64,000 nt of DNA from Trichosphaerium sp. ATCC 40318. Lineage: Eukaryota; Protista; Tubulinea. The notes under the pieces were generated by a model. The model worked only from the letters and a program-made list of their open reading frames with translations, was not told the DNA's origin and did not search any database. Below are positions 36,888-48,200 of the stretch, one piece after another. The stretch spans positions 235,300-299,299 of the forward strand of contig JALMLS010000076.1 of the NCBI GenBank assembly GCA_038496445.1, read 5' to 3'. The first letter of the stretch is position 1. Every line of letters starts with the position of its first letter. The translations under genes and the position numbers were made by a program.

Positions 36888-39302
36888 TTATCTTTTACTT
36901 TTTGACCAATATGATTGTGAAGAGTAAAACGCCCTTGTACAGTACCTAAACCAAGCAAATACTGTATGATAAAACTTATGGAAAGGAAACAATATGGTGT
37001 TGATTGATCGCATCATTAAATTGTTTGTAGTGGTACCAGTTATTACCTTTTGTTCTATCAAATCTCCATTATCATACCACATCTTGTAGTCTCCTTGTTG
37101 TGTGCCATATTCAAAACGAGAAAGCTCAGCTAATTTTCCATTTTTATGCCATTTCTTGCGGTCACCATGTGCTCTATTATTAATCCACATACTTTGTTCT
37201 CTAAGTTGGCCATCTTCATACCATACTTTGAGTGGTCCATTTCGCTTACCATCGATCCATATGCTTTGTTCTCTAAGTTGACCATCTTTATACCATACTT
37301 TGAGTTCACCATTTAGTTTACCATCAACCCACATGCTTTGTTCTTCAAGTTGGCCATCTTCATACCATACTTTTCGTTCACCATTTTGTATATCATCAAT
37401 CCACATACTTTGCTCTCTAAGTTGGCCATCTTCATGCCATAATTTTCGTTCTCCATTTTGTATACCATCAGCCCACATGCTTTGTTCCATAAGTTGTCCA
37501 CTTTTGTACCATTTTTTATATTCACCACAATGTATGCTATCAACCCTGTATTCTTTACGTTGTCCATTATCATACCATGCCTTATGTCCATTTTGTTTAC
37601 CATTAACAAACATTCCCTTTGTTTGTAATTGTCCATTTTTATACCACTCCTTGTGTTCCCCATTTTTTTTTCCATCAACTATAGTACCTTGTAGCCACAG
37701 TTGTCCGTTGTCATACCATCCCTTGTATTGGCCAGTATCATCAACAAACATACATTGTATCTTTAGTTGTCCATTTATATACCATTCTGTGGATTTACCA
37801 TTTAGTTTACCATCAACCCACATACTTTGTACCCTAAGTTGGCCATCTTTATACCATACTTTTTGTTCACCATTTAGTTTACCATCAATCCATGTTCTTT
37901 GTTCTCTAAGTTGACCATCTTCATGCCACATTTTTTGTTCACCGTTTAGTTTACCATCAACCCATGTGCTTTGTTCTCTAAGTTGACCATCTTCATGCCA
38001 CATTTTTTGTTCACCATTTAGTTTACCATCAATCCATGTGCTTTGTTCTCTAAGTTGACCATTTTTATACCACACTTTGAGTGGACCATTTAGTTTACCA
38101 TCAATCCACGTGCTTTGTTCTCTAAGTTGACCATTTTCATGCCACACCTTTGTTTCTCCATATTGTTTACCATCAACCCATGTGCTTTGTTCTCTAAGTT
38201 GTCCATTTTTATACCATATTTTGCGTACACCATTTTTATTACCATCAACCCATGTGCTTTGTTCTCTAAGTTGGCCATCTTCATACCATACTTTGAGTTT
38301 GCCATTTAGCCAACCATTAGTCCACATACATTGTTCCTCCAGATTACCATTTTTATACCACTTTTTGTGTTCACCATTCTTTTTTCCATCAACCATAGTA
38401 CCTTGTAGCCACAATTGTCCATTTTCATACCACTGCGTATATGGACCAGTTAACTTATCATCAACCCACCCACATTGTATCTTGAGTTGGTTGTTTTTAT
38501 ACCATACTTTCACTTCACTGTTTAGTTTATGGTTGTCCCACATACTTTGTTCTCTAAGTTGACCATCTTTATACCATACTTTGAGACCATTTTTATTACC
38601 ATCGACCCATGTGCTTTGTTCTCGAAGTTGACCGTTGTCATACCATATTTTGAGTTCACCATTTAGTTTACCATCAACCCATATGCTTTGTTCTCTAAGT
38701 TGACCATTTTTATACCATACTTTGAGTGGACCATTTAGTTTACCATCAATCCACGTGCTTTGTTCTCTAAGTTGACCATTTTCATGCCACACCTTTGTTT
38801 CTCCATATTGTTTATCATCAATCCACATGTTTTGAAACTTACGTTGTCCATTTTTGTACCACACCTTGAGTTGACCATTTTGCTTATCATTGACCCACAT
38901 AGTTTGTCTAAGTAGTTGTCCATTTTCATACCACTCTTTAGTTTTGCCATGTTGCTTGCCATTAACAAACATAAACTGTACTTCAAGTTGACCGTTTTCA
39001 TACCATTTTTTATGAGTGCCGTGTTTTACACCATCAATCAACATGTACTGTTCCTTACATTGTCCATTCTTGTACCATTTGTTGCATTGCCCATTTTTAG
39101 CGTATTCGTGGCACCATACTTTTCCACTTTTGTACCATGCAATCCATTTCCCTTTACGTTGTAATGATCCATCAAAATGAGTATTGGTTGCTGCTTTTTT
39201 TGACAATGTATGGAACTTTGTGAAAGCTTCAACGTTGAATGTACAAATACATTGTTGAATTTCACATGGGAGGTCAAGTAACACCAATGAAGGAGAAGAC
39301 AT
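36888..39302 (-). CDS. Intronless F-box + ~30 MORN_2 (YwqK-like) repeat protein, 804 aa
   Basis: LLDLPCEIQQCICTF N-terminus; 24-aa unit GKLNGELKVWYKDGQLREQSTWVD (72-bp DNA repeat). Confidence 0.92.
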   Translation of the reverse strand: MSSPSLVLLDLPCEIQQCICTFNVEAFTKFHTLSKKAATNTHFDGSLQRKGKWIAWYKSGKVWCHEYAKNGQCNKWYKNGQCKEQYMLIDGVKHGTHKKWYENGQLEVQFMFVNGKQHGKTKEWYENGQLLRQTMWVNDKQNGQLKVWYKNGQRKFQNMWIDDKQYGETKVWHENGQLREQSTWIDGKLNGPLKVWYKNGQLREQSIWVDGKLNGELKIWYDNGQLREQSTWVDGNKNGLKVWYKDGQLREQSMWDNHKLNSEVKVWYKNNQLKIQCGWVDDKLTGPYTQWYENGQLWLQGTMVDGKKNGEHKKWYKNGNLEEQCMWTNGWLNGKLKVWYEDGQLREQSTWVDGNKNGVRKIWYKNGQLREQSTWVDGKQYGETKVWHENGQLREQSTWIDGKLNGPLKVWYKNGQLREQSTWIDGKLNGEQKMWHEDGQLREQSTWVDGKLNGEQKMWHEDGQLREQRTWIDGKLNGEQKVWYKDGQLRVQSMWVDGKLNGKSTEWYINGQLKIQCMFVDDTGQYKGWYDNGQLWLQGTIVDGKKNGEHKEWYKNGQLQTKGMFVNGKQNGHKAWYDNGQRKEYRVDSIHCGEYKKWYKSGQLMEQSMWADGIQNGERKLWHEDGQLREQSMWIDDIQNGERKVWYEDGQLEEQSMWVDGKLNGELKVWYKDGQLREQSIWIDGKRNGPLKVWYEDGQLREQSMWINNRAHGDRKKWHKNGKLAELSRFEYGTQQGDYKMWYDNGDLIEQKVITGTTTNNLMMRSINTILFPFHKFYHTVFAWFRYCTRAFYSSQSYWSKSKR

Positions 39303-40110
39303 GCTTTATTTCTAAAGAAAACAATAAGAAATATGAAGGACAACAAATATTTAACAGTGTAGACCCTTTGAGAAAGTTTAAAAAGCTGCTTTGAAAATAG
39401 AAATAGCACGTGTTTAAAATTTTTTCCAAAAATACTATCAAGAAATGATGCTCGCTAACCACAGACTATACAAAGTTCTATAAAATTACACTGAGGCAAT
39501 GTATCGTGAGTACTCTTTGTTTGAAACTAAACTTTAAAAGCTATTATGTAGCACTGTAAAACAGTGAGGGAAAAACTAACACCAAATTCTTTGGTCGGTA
39601 TTTTGTTTCAAAAAAGAAGGCTGACCAAATAACAAATCTAACTCACGTGTATATACACAAAACAATGGTTGCCTCTTTACCTTATTTACTAAGGCACAAG
39701 TTTTAAGCAATTGGGTAGGTTGTGTACTATAGTGTAGTTGCCTGTACTCACAAACCATCTTGAAAAACGATTTAGCTAACTAAAAAAATAGCATTATTTC
39801 AGGTCAAACAATAACGGTCTAGACGCATTGCTAGCAGCTCGTATGGGCAAAACAGACACGAATCTAAATTTAAAGACATACATAACAGAACAATCGTTAA
39901 AAGACAATAAAGGACAGACGCTAATAAAGAGTTACCCTATGGTAGCTGAAATGTCATGTACCGGGCTAGTGTTTAAATCTCAGGTACACAATTCTACGTC
40001 AATGAAACACAACTCTGCTGACACTCACTGAAAGGTAATGGCAGCTTTGGGACTTTCTGGAGGGTTTGGATGATTTATAACTTAGTAGTTTTGAACACAA
40101 AAACCCACAT

Positions 40111-40351
40111 GGGTTTGCACTGTGTATCTGATAATAACCACGTGCGCACTAGTTTTCGTTGTCAAATACAGTCAAGTGAAATTAAACGGAAATCAATGAA
40201 AGGGTTTGCGCTAATTTTCGCGAACTTGGTCAGAGCCATGATTAAAAAATGTGCTGTTTTATGCAAAAATATTGTACAAAAGTCCTCCAAAAGAACAGAC
40301 TTCGAAGAAATACAACATACCGCCAAATTTCGCGAAAGGTAGTGCAAACCC
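40111..40351. mobile_element. MITE-like element, copy 1
   Basis: Perfect 11-bp terminal inverted repeats gggtttgcact/agtgcaaaccc flanked by CAT on both sides; second internal TIR copy at 40202 pairs ~28 bp with the right end; body homologous to 56573-56731. Confidence 0.72.
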
Positions 40352-41703
40352 CATGACATTGTTGTCATCGGTAACAGCACAGCAAGAAAAAATATCAACT
40401 GCTAAGCTCACAACGTTTTGTTAGAGTTCTAACACTCTCAGTTGACTTTCTTCTATCAACTAACCAATGAACACTAACTAAGACGATGTTGGGAGGAAGA
40501 CAAAATGTCTTGTGGCTCTAGCGCAGCGCCAAGCATTTGTTATATTATACAAGAACACTTGGAAAATAAAAGAAAGGTTTTACAGTTTTTAAAACAAATG
40601 AAAAGGAAATTTTTGGGTGGGATGTGGGTGATTGCTGCTCGCCATGTTGTTTAAGCTTTGTCGGTTGTTGTTGTTGATTTATACGAAGTCAACTCAAGTT
40701 TACCCAAACGTAACGGTGTAAAACACGTGTACAGCCAAAAGGAATCAGGCGAAAAAGAAAAATTCGTGTAGGTTTTCTTTCGCGAAGGACAGATTTTTGG
40801 TCGACTACCAATACAGTAGGCCGCACTAAAACTTTTATTACAGCGTAATTACTTTGTGCTAAAATTTGATTCGAATCACGTGATAATTTTTTTTTTGGTT
40901 TTTATCAGCAGTAACATAAAATCTCACGCGCAAACTAGCTTGAGAGCTTTTTTTAAAAAGGTTTAGGCTAACATACCGTAATGTTGAATGTCCTCATAAT
41001 CGTAGACCCCAGACACGTTTATTTGTATACTAACGCAACACGTCAGGAGAAGTAAATAGTATAATAATAATGGGAAGTATTGGTCAAAAAGTAACGCGCC
41101 GTACCCCTTGTGCTTTACTCAATTAATTTACCATAAACTAATAAACTCACAAAGACTCAAAATACGTGGTACAAGGATTCACGTTGAAAAAAATACGGTT
41201 CCTGTCAAGCGCAAGCTAGAGGTCCAATTTGCTTAGCCATAGATAACCGTTTAAGAATCAGGATTTAATTGTCAGCTAGAATATCGCAAACTTCTGTCGG
41301 TTCATTACTGAACCAAAAGACAATAAACGGTAGAAAATCAACGTAGTACTGGTGCGTAGCAACAAAATGAAGTCTTAGCTAGTGTATTTTACAAGGTTTT
41401 TTGGTACATTTTTTTTCTCTTTTTTTTTCACATCGTCCTGTAGCTGTTACAGTATGAAAAAAATGCATGTGGTTCAGACAGATTCTATTTTTGTTGTCTT
41501 GGTAACAACTTACTTTTAGAAAAATCATATCTAAATACTCGTGAGCTTTAAAACTTGTACTTAAGAAAAAAATGAGAACAAGAGATCCCAAAAAGAAAAG
41601 AAAAAAGTAGCTCAAACTTTTTGTTCCGTTTCGAACTTAAAACATGTTTTTGAACAGCGACACCTTGTGTAGGGTGTCTGCAATATTTTTTGAAACCAAA
41701 AAA

Positions 41704-42954
41704 TCAATAAAATATTTTCCAGGAGGCAACACTGCCTTGTGGTTTAACATACCTGTCTGAGAATACAGTATAATTCAAAAAAGTAGTAGACGCCCATAAT
41801 TGAAGTGTATAGACACCTTCTAAATCTGCTGTTGCAAATAACTCACGTACTTCTTTCTCAGGTCCTCTCATTTCATTATGACGATAAGGATAGAAAGTAT
41901 GTGAAGGAAGAACAAGAAAATTAAAAAAATCTTCATCTCCATATTGAGTCTTAGAAAGTTTTAAGAATTTTGGACCTACTGTCTTCCACACAGGGTTATA
42001 AGTCTTCCACTTATCTCTTATAGAAGGTATCATTTTTAATATGTATCTCAAAGTAACAGAAGAATCATGACAAGCGAGTATACCGTTTGCGATGTAAGAG
42101 TCTTTAGTTTCCTCAGCAGCAAAACAATCATACTCGCTCTCCTCAAGATCTTTGATTAAAGGCTCAAAAGATCTCAGGCATAGAGAATCAGTATCTACAA
42201 AGATACCACCATACTTATTGAGTATCTCATAACGACCAATATCGGAAGATGCATGACAATTTTTAACATCTTCTAAGCATGGTGGTATGCCATTAAAGAG
42301 CTCTTTGTTGACCATCCACTCATTTTCTTTAAAATCGTCATCTCTCCATAACTTGTATTTCCATCCTGATTCTTCTGCAGCTGCTTTACATGTTTTCATA
42401 AGCTCTTTATGAGGCTGTTTTGGCCAAAAAACAAAACGTCAGTGATTTTTTTTTTCAAAGAAAGAAAAAAGTGTTTTTGATTTCCTGACGTGTCTGGGAA
42501 ATACTGGAACGAAAACGATGCACCATACGCCTAGCGGTATAGGAAACTTTCAATTTATACCACTTAGCGCTTGGTACCTTTTGGGAAAGATACAAATTGA
42601 ACGTAAGTTGTTTAGCCGTACCGGTTCTGTGCCTAGCCATATTTGGTGGAGTATGCGTGGTATTTTAGGTGGTTTCTATGCGTTTTAGCGTGACTCCAAG
42701 TGCAAGTAGCGTACTGTTTTATCTATGCTCTTTAAATATGATAGAGTTGTTGGAGGTATAGTTAAGCTTGGTTCAAACCACTTGTTGTATTTATTTAACA
42801 TCTCTTCGTTTGGTTTTAGAAAGAAAAGTATTACACACGCTGACAATAGCATAAGGATCATTTTAAAGCTTAAAATGTAATTTAGCGTAACATGTTACAA
42901 AAAGTCGTACTGCACGGGTTTAAGCGGTTTCTTACGCCTAGGATGGTTTTGCAT
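41704..42954 (-). CDS. Glycosyltransferase family 32 (DXD, OCH1/MIPC-synthase-like), type II membrane protein
   Basis: TM segment MILMLLSACVILFFL; IPRILHQIWLG; WKYKLW; SSDIGRYEILNKYGGIFVDTDS; IANGIL; TVGPKFL; FYPY. Confidence 0.9.
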
Positions 42955-43556
42955 GGTTATATATGGCGAGCTAGCGGTCTTATGTGAGTTGTGTGATGAC
43001 ACAATGTCAAGTTTCTCTTAAGCCACGTTGAGGTTTTTGACCAAATTAACCTATTAAGTGGTGAGAAAGAAAAGGTCCTAATTTCGGTTCTCTCATGCCT
43101 AGGATGACCTTGATTGTATTGTTTTTGATGGTAAAAAATAAGAAACGTTTCTTGTGTCAAGGAACACATTTCTCTGGCAGTGTTACAAAAACGTTTCTAA
43201 CGGATGTGGAAACATCTCTAATATTACGGTTTATTATTAAAACTGTCTTCTAATTGTTTTGCTTTGTAAGACCCAATAAACCCTAAGTCATTCTTGCCCC
43301 ATCACTATTCAAATCCTACTTTTTTTACCCCTTGAAATTCTTCTCTCGGCGGAATTTCGAAGGAATATTTTGCCTGCACGCCAACTAAGGTCAAGCGAAG
43401 ATACATGTTCTTCCTGTCTATGTTATTTTTTGTACGATACAGTGGACAATAGGAATCTAGCATTGTTTAGTTGGAAACGTTTTCTACAAAGGGCAAAATG
43501 TGAAACAGCCAAAACGAAACAAAAAGAGCATGCTCGCGGAAAGGTTTATTAAATAG

Positions 43557-44153
43557 CTACAATGAAAGACAAGTGACTACTAGTAACACTATAAAGTATA
43601 TTGAATGCATTGTGACAGTGCCGGCTGTAGGAGCTACTGTTGGCGCTGCTGTTGGCTGTGGTGTTGGTGGAGGAAACGGTGCGTTTGTTGGAGCATTTGT
43701 AGGTGGTGGGAACGGTGCGTTTGTAGGTGGTTGTGTTGGTGGTGGGAAAGGGGCATTAGTTGGAGGCTCTGTCGGAGGAAGGACAGGAGCGTTAGTAGGA
43801 GGGTTTGTTGGTGGAGGGTTCGGAGGATTAGTGGGCGATGAAAACGGTGCGTTTGTTGGTTGTCCGATAGGTGAAACTGGAGCATTTGTTGGAGATGAGA
43901 ATGGTGCGTTTGTAGGCTGCTCAACAGGCACAAAGGGAGCGTTGGTTGGTTGAGAGAATGGAACGTTCGTAGGAGCATCACTAGGAGCAACAGGAGCGTT
44001 TGTAGGTGAAGAAAACGGTGTGTTTGTTGGTGTTGTGGGATTGGCTTCTGTCTCTTAGTTGAGTTAGTTTACTAGTCATTGATTTACAGGCGTACGACTC
44101 AGAGAATGAGGAATACAGGTGAGCAGAAAGATAACGAGTATGTGAGTATGCAT
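43557..44153 (-). CDS. Secreted/GPI-like Pro-Thr-Asn-Ala repeat (mucin/AGP-like) protein
   Basis: Signal exon MHTHILVIFLLTCIPHSLS, one intron, many PTNAP/PTxPP units, hydrophobic tail SIYFIVLLVVTCLSL*. Confidence 0.82.
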
Positions 44154-44829
44154 ATGGGTAGTAGGCAAGTGGCTGATATGGTAACGTTGATGATTAAAAT
44201 GGTGTTTTACATCCGGATACCAATACTACAAAAGTAAAATGGCTCTATCGGAAAAGTGACATTTATCTGTTTTGGAAACAAGTGTATAACTCATACAAGC
44301 ATAACTAAACTGAGTGATTATAATTTATAGTATACAATGTCCTTGCGTTTGAAGATCTTTCGTTCATGAATAATTAAATTGTGATCTAAGTTAGCTACCA
44401 TGAACAAAAAAGAAAAGCAAAATAATCATACCTGCAGGGAACTTTGTATACAAGATACTCTATAGAATATTCAACTACTGAAGCTACCGCTGTTAGAAAT
44501 ATATCTGTTAGCCACAAAGTAACATGTGTCTCAAGTACAGACGTGATAGCAAAAGGCAGAATAGTTTGCCCTAGTAATAGGATGAACACTTTGTGCTTTC
44601 TGTATTTTGGTCGTTGAAAATTTGCTAACCAATAGATAAATTCGAATATCCTAAAAAATATACGAGTATTGCAACTAACCTAACAATGGCCTTTCCAGCT
44701 TCCTGATTTTTATCACTAAGTCTCACGTTTTCCTGTAGATTGTACGTCAATAATAGCTAAGATTAGATAAGCTTCAGAAAAGAGTAGGAAAAATTGAAAA
44801 TAAAATTATTAGGCTCCACCCATTCTTGG

Positions 44830-45030
44830 GCGGGATGTTGGTATGCTAATGGTACATTGAATGGTGAGTACAAGCAGTGGTATGAAAACGGCCAAGTTCG
44901 TATGCAATGCTCTTTCAAAAATGGCAACAAAGAAGGCGAAGAAAAAGGCTCGTGTGACACGAACCAAAGTAACGAGTGTCTTACAGAGATGGGAAAAAGG
45001 AAAGTTGAGTGCAAATCTAATAGTTATCAT
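44830..45030 (+). pseudogene. MORN_2 repeat remnant
   Basis: CWYANGTLNGEYKQWYENGQVRMQCSFKNGNKEGEEK; no intact ORF around it. Confidence 0.7.
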
Positions 45031-45297
45031 TGTTTTGGCTTCAGATTGCGAAATGTCCAGCTGAACAAGCAATCGTGCGAAATTAAAGCTTTACTTGACT
45101 CTTAACAAAACCACGCTTTGTTTAAAAATATCCAATATCACGTGCACAACGAGTATGCGTAGAAAAAAGGTATCCTTTGTGCGTATAGCTTGCTAGTATT
45201 AATGTGAGGTTCAAATAAGGCCGTGGCCATAACTTAAGTGCTTATCTAAAGTAAATTTGGAATCTAAGCAACTTGTCTTTATTAAATTTTCCACCCA

Positions 45298-48200
45298 ATG
45301 TCAGCTGAACCGCGCTGGCAAGTCCAACAGCGAAAGGTAAGATCTTTTTTTCCAAATGTTTTTTTTTGTATGTCCAAAATACTTTTCTGACCATTTAGTT
45401 CGCTGTATAACGTGTTACTTATGCGTATTTTGTAGACTTTTACGCGATGGTTAAATTCTAAAGTGGAAGAAAAGGGAGTCTACGCTAAAGAGTTAGAAAA
45501 TGATGTAAGTGATCATCATAACTAAATCTCTTTAATACCATCATCTTGATCATATTTTTTGTTATTTCTTACTTATCGATAGCTTCAAAATGGTGTGATA
45601 TTACATATACTATTATCGACGCTTTCAGGAGAGGAGATTTTGCCCAAATGCAATACCAAACCAAAGTGTAAGTTTGTATTTTTTATTTTTGTTTTTTTGC
45701 CAACTTTTTTTTCAAATATTCATTACGTGCCATCATAAATACCTCCACGTGCGTACGCCTCAAAACCACGTGGTTTTGAAAAAACCAATAAAAAAATACC
45801 ATCACGTGATTTATTTCTTTTTTTTTCATACGTAAAGTACAAGCGAGATGAGTGTATGCTTTAGTCACGAGGTAGTATTTTTTAACTGTTGCCTTTCACG
45901 TGCCATTTTTATTAGCTTTTTGTTTTTGGTAACTTTTCGTTTAAAACGCTAATTGAGTCACCTTTTGCAGTCAAACTTCATTCTCTCGCAAATTTAGATG
46001 CCTGCTTTAAGTTTATTCAGAAGAAAGGTATTAGATTGGTATCATTAGGTGCAGAAGGTACGTTTCATCTCAATTTTAAGCGCGTACAGTACAGTAATTG
46101 TATTTCTAGATATATACGATAAGAAAACAAATTTAGTTCTTGGGTTATTGTGGACATTGATTCTTCGTTATCACATATTGGGTGTTGAGTATGCAGATGA
46201 AGCAGGCAGTTCTGAAAGAAATAAAGCGAGAAGTATTTTATTAGATTGGTGTAATGATGTACTGGTTCCACAAGGAATGGCTGTGACATCATTCGGAAAA
46301 AGGTGAAACAAAGGAAAAAAAAAAACCTTTTACATTTACGTTTTTAACGCTTTTCAAGCTGGGAAGATGGTCGTGCGTTTTGTGGAATAGTAAATGCTGT
46401 AAAACCAGGCTTCATGGATCTTGATAAAATGCCAGATGTGCGTATAGGAATATCGTAAACCACATGTTAATGACTTAAAAGGATGCATATGGGAATATTT
46501 CGAAAGTTTTCCGTGTAGGAACTGAAGAATACGGCATTCCAGCGCTTCTTGACCCAGAAGATATCATAGATGGTAAGATAATTTAATATTAAGTGACACA
46601 TACTTATATTTATATAAAGGACCTGCTGATGAACACTCAGTTATGAGTTATGTTTCTTACTACAGAACGCTTGTACAAAAATATTAGTTTTATCCTTTTC
46701 AAGTTTTAAAGGATTATATAGGCTTTAGAAAGCGTGCCTGTAGCAAGTAAATGTTATGTATCAGGTGATGGGATATATAAAGCAACTTGTAGAGATACTA
46801 AAGAGGTCACAGTCCAGACAGTAAACAAAAATGGTACCATTTTAAATGTCAACTTGTTCTTTAACAATAAATAACCTTTGCTTTTTTTAGATGATTTGTG
46901 TCGTATAGGCGGAGCATCAGTTGAAGGTAAACATGAACATAGTTGTTCATGCACTCGCTTTCATCTTTTTTTAAATGTATTTCTTGTAGGAACAATAACA
47001 GTTGGCAACGTCTCCACTCCTGTAAACTTTGAAGACAAACAGAATGGATTGTACATAGGAAAATACACACGTACGTGTAATACGCTACAGTACTATTTTT
47101 TGTATTAAGCAACGATACCACACCATTGCCTAGTATCGTCATTTAATGTTAGAGATTGTCTCTGGACGTTTTGTTACTTTTTTTCTTACTTTTTTCCTTT
47201 TTTTTTATAGCGTTTACAACTGGTGCTCATCACTTATCTATAACGCTCAATGGAGAAGCTATCAAAGATTCTCCTTTTGATGTTGATGTATTACCTAATG
47301 ATAAACCTTTCCCAAAAGCAAGCGCTTCAAGTGCGAGCGGAAGTGGACTAGAAAAAGTGTATGCTGGAATGAAAGGAACGTTTCAACTTGACATTAAATC
47401 CGATGACGGACAAGCTTTAAAATACGATGAAACACTTATATCTGTTGCTATCAAGCAAGGCGATAATACTGTCAAATATGGTATTGTACCAATAGATGAT
47501 AGTCTAGCAAGCACTATCCATTATTTCCCTAAAACACCAGGTCCAACAGAGATCTCAATAACGATTGATGAAGGTGAGTTTTTTGCATGAAAATCTTACT
47601 TACTTACTTGTCTAGGTGATGAAAACCGCCATATTACCGGCTCCCCTTTTAAGGTGAGCGAGAGTTGGAATGACACTCAAAAATCCAACAGGCTTTCTTA
47701 GAATGAGACGTATAATCGTATGATTAACGAACTTTTTAGGTTGATGTTATTAAATGTCCACCTGTTATCATAGCGTTAAGAGATCAGGATAATTCGGCAG
47801 TTATAAGGTTGCTTGATTATAAAAACAGGCTATTAGACTATGGTGGTTCAGATGTATCAGCTCACATATCTGGTATAGCTTCAGTCCTGTTAAACTGTCA
47901 TTGTTGTCACTTGGTTAAATTTATGCTATCTAGGTCCTGGTGATGTTAAAGTTAATAGTGAGGATAATGACGATGGAACTTATACTTTAAAAGTACGGTA
48001 TAGTCATCTAATACATTTATACTCACGTTCTTCAAGTTCCACCCACGCACTGCAGGAGTATACAAAATGGCAGTTTTAGCATCTCCTGGTCTTCCTGAAA
48101 ATGCTGTATATCTCTTAGATGTACGAAACAAATTAGTGGTATCTGTGGTAGATATTAAAGCTTTGTCAAGGTCCCCGATGGTAGAACAATAGAAGCGAAC

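Noticed and set aside
36888-39302. Bacterial YwqK antitoxin / contamination
   Set aside because: F-box-like head, no toxin partner, embedded among spliced genes with a local pseudogene copy
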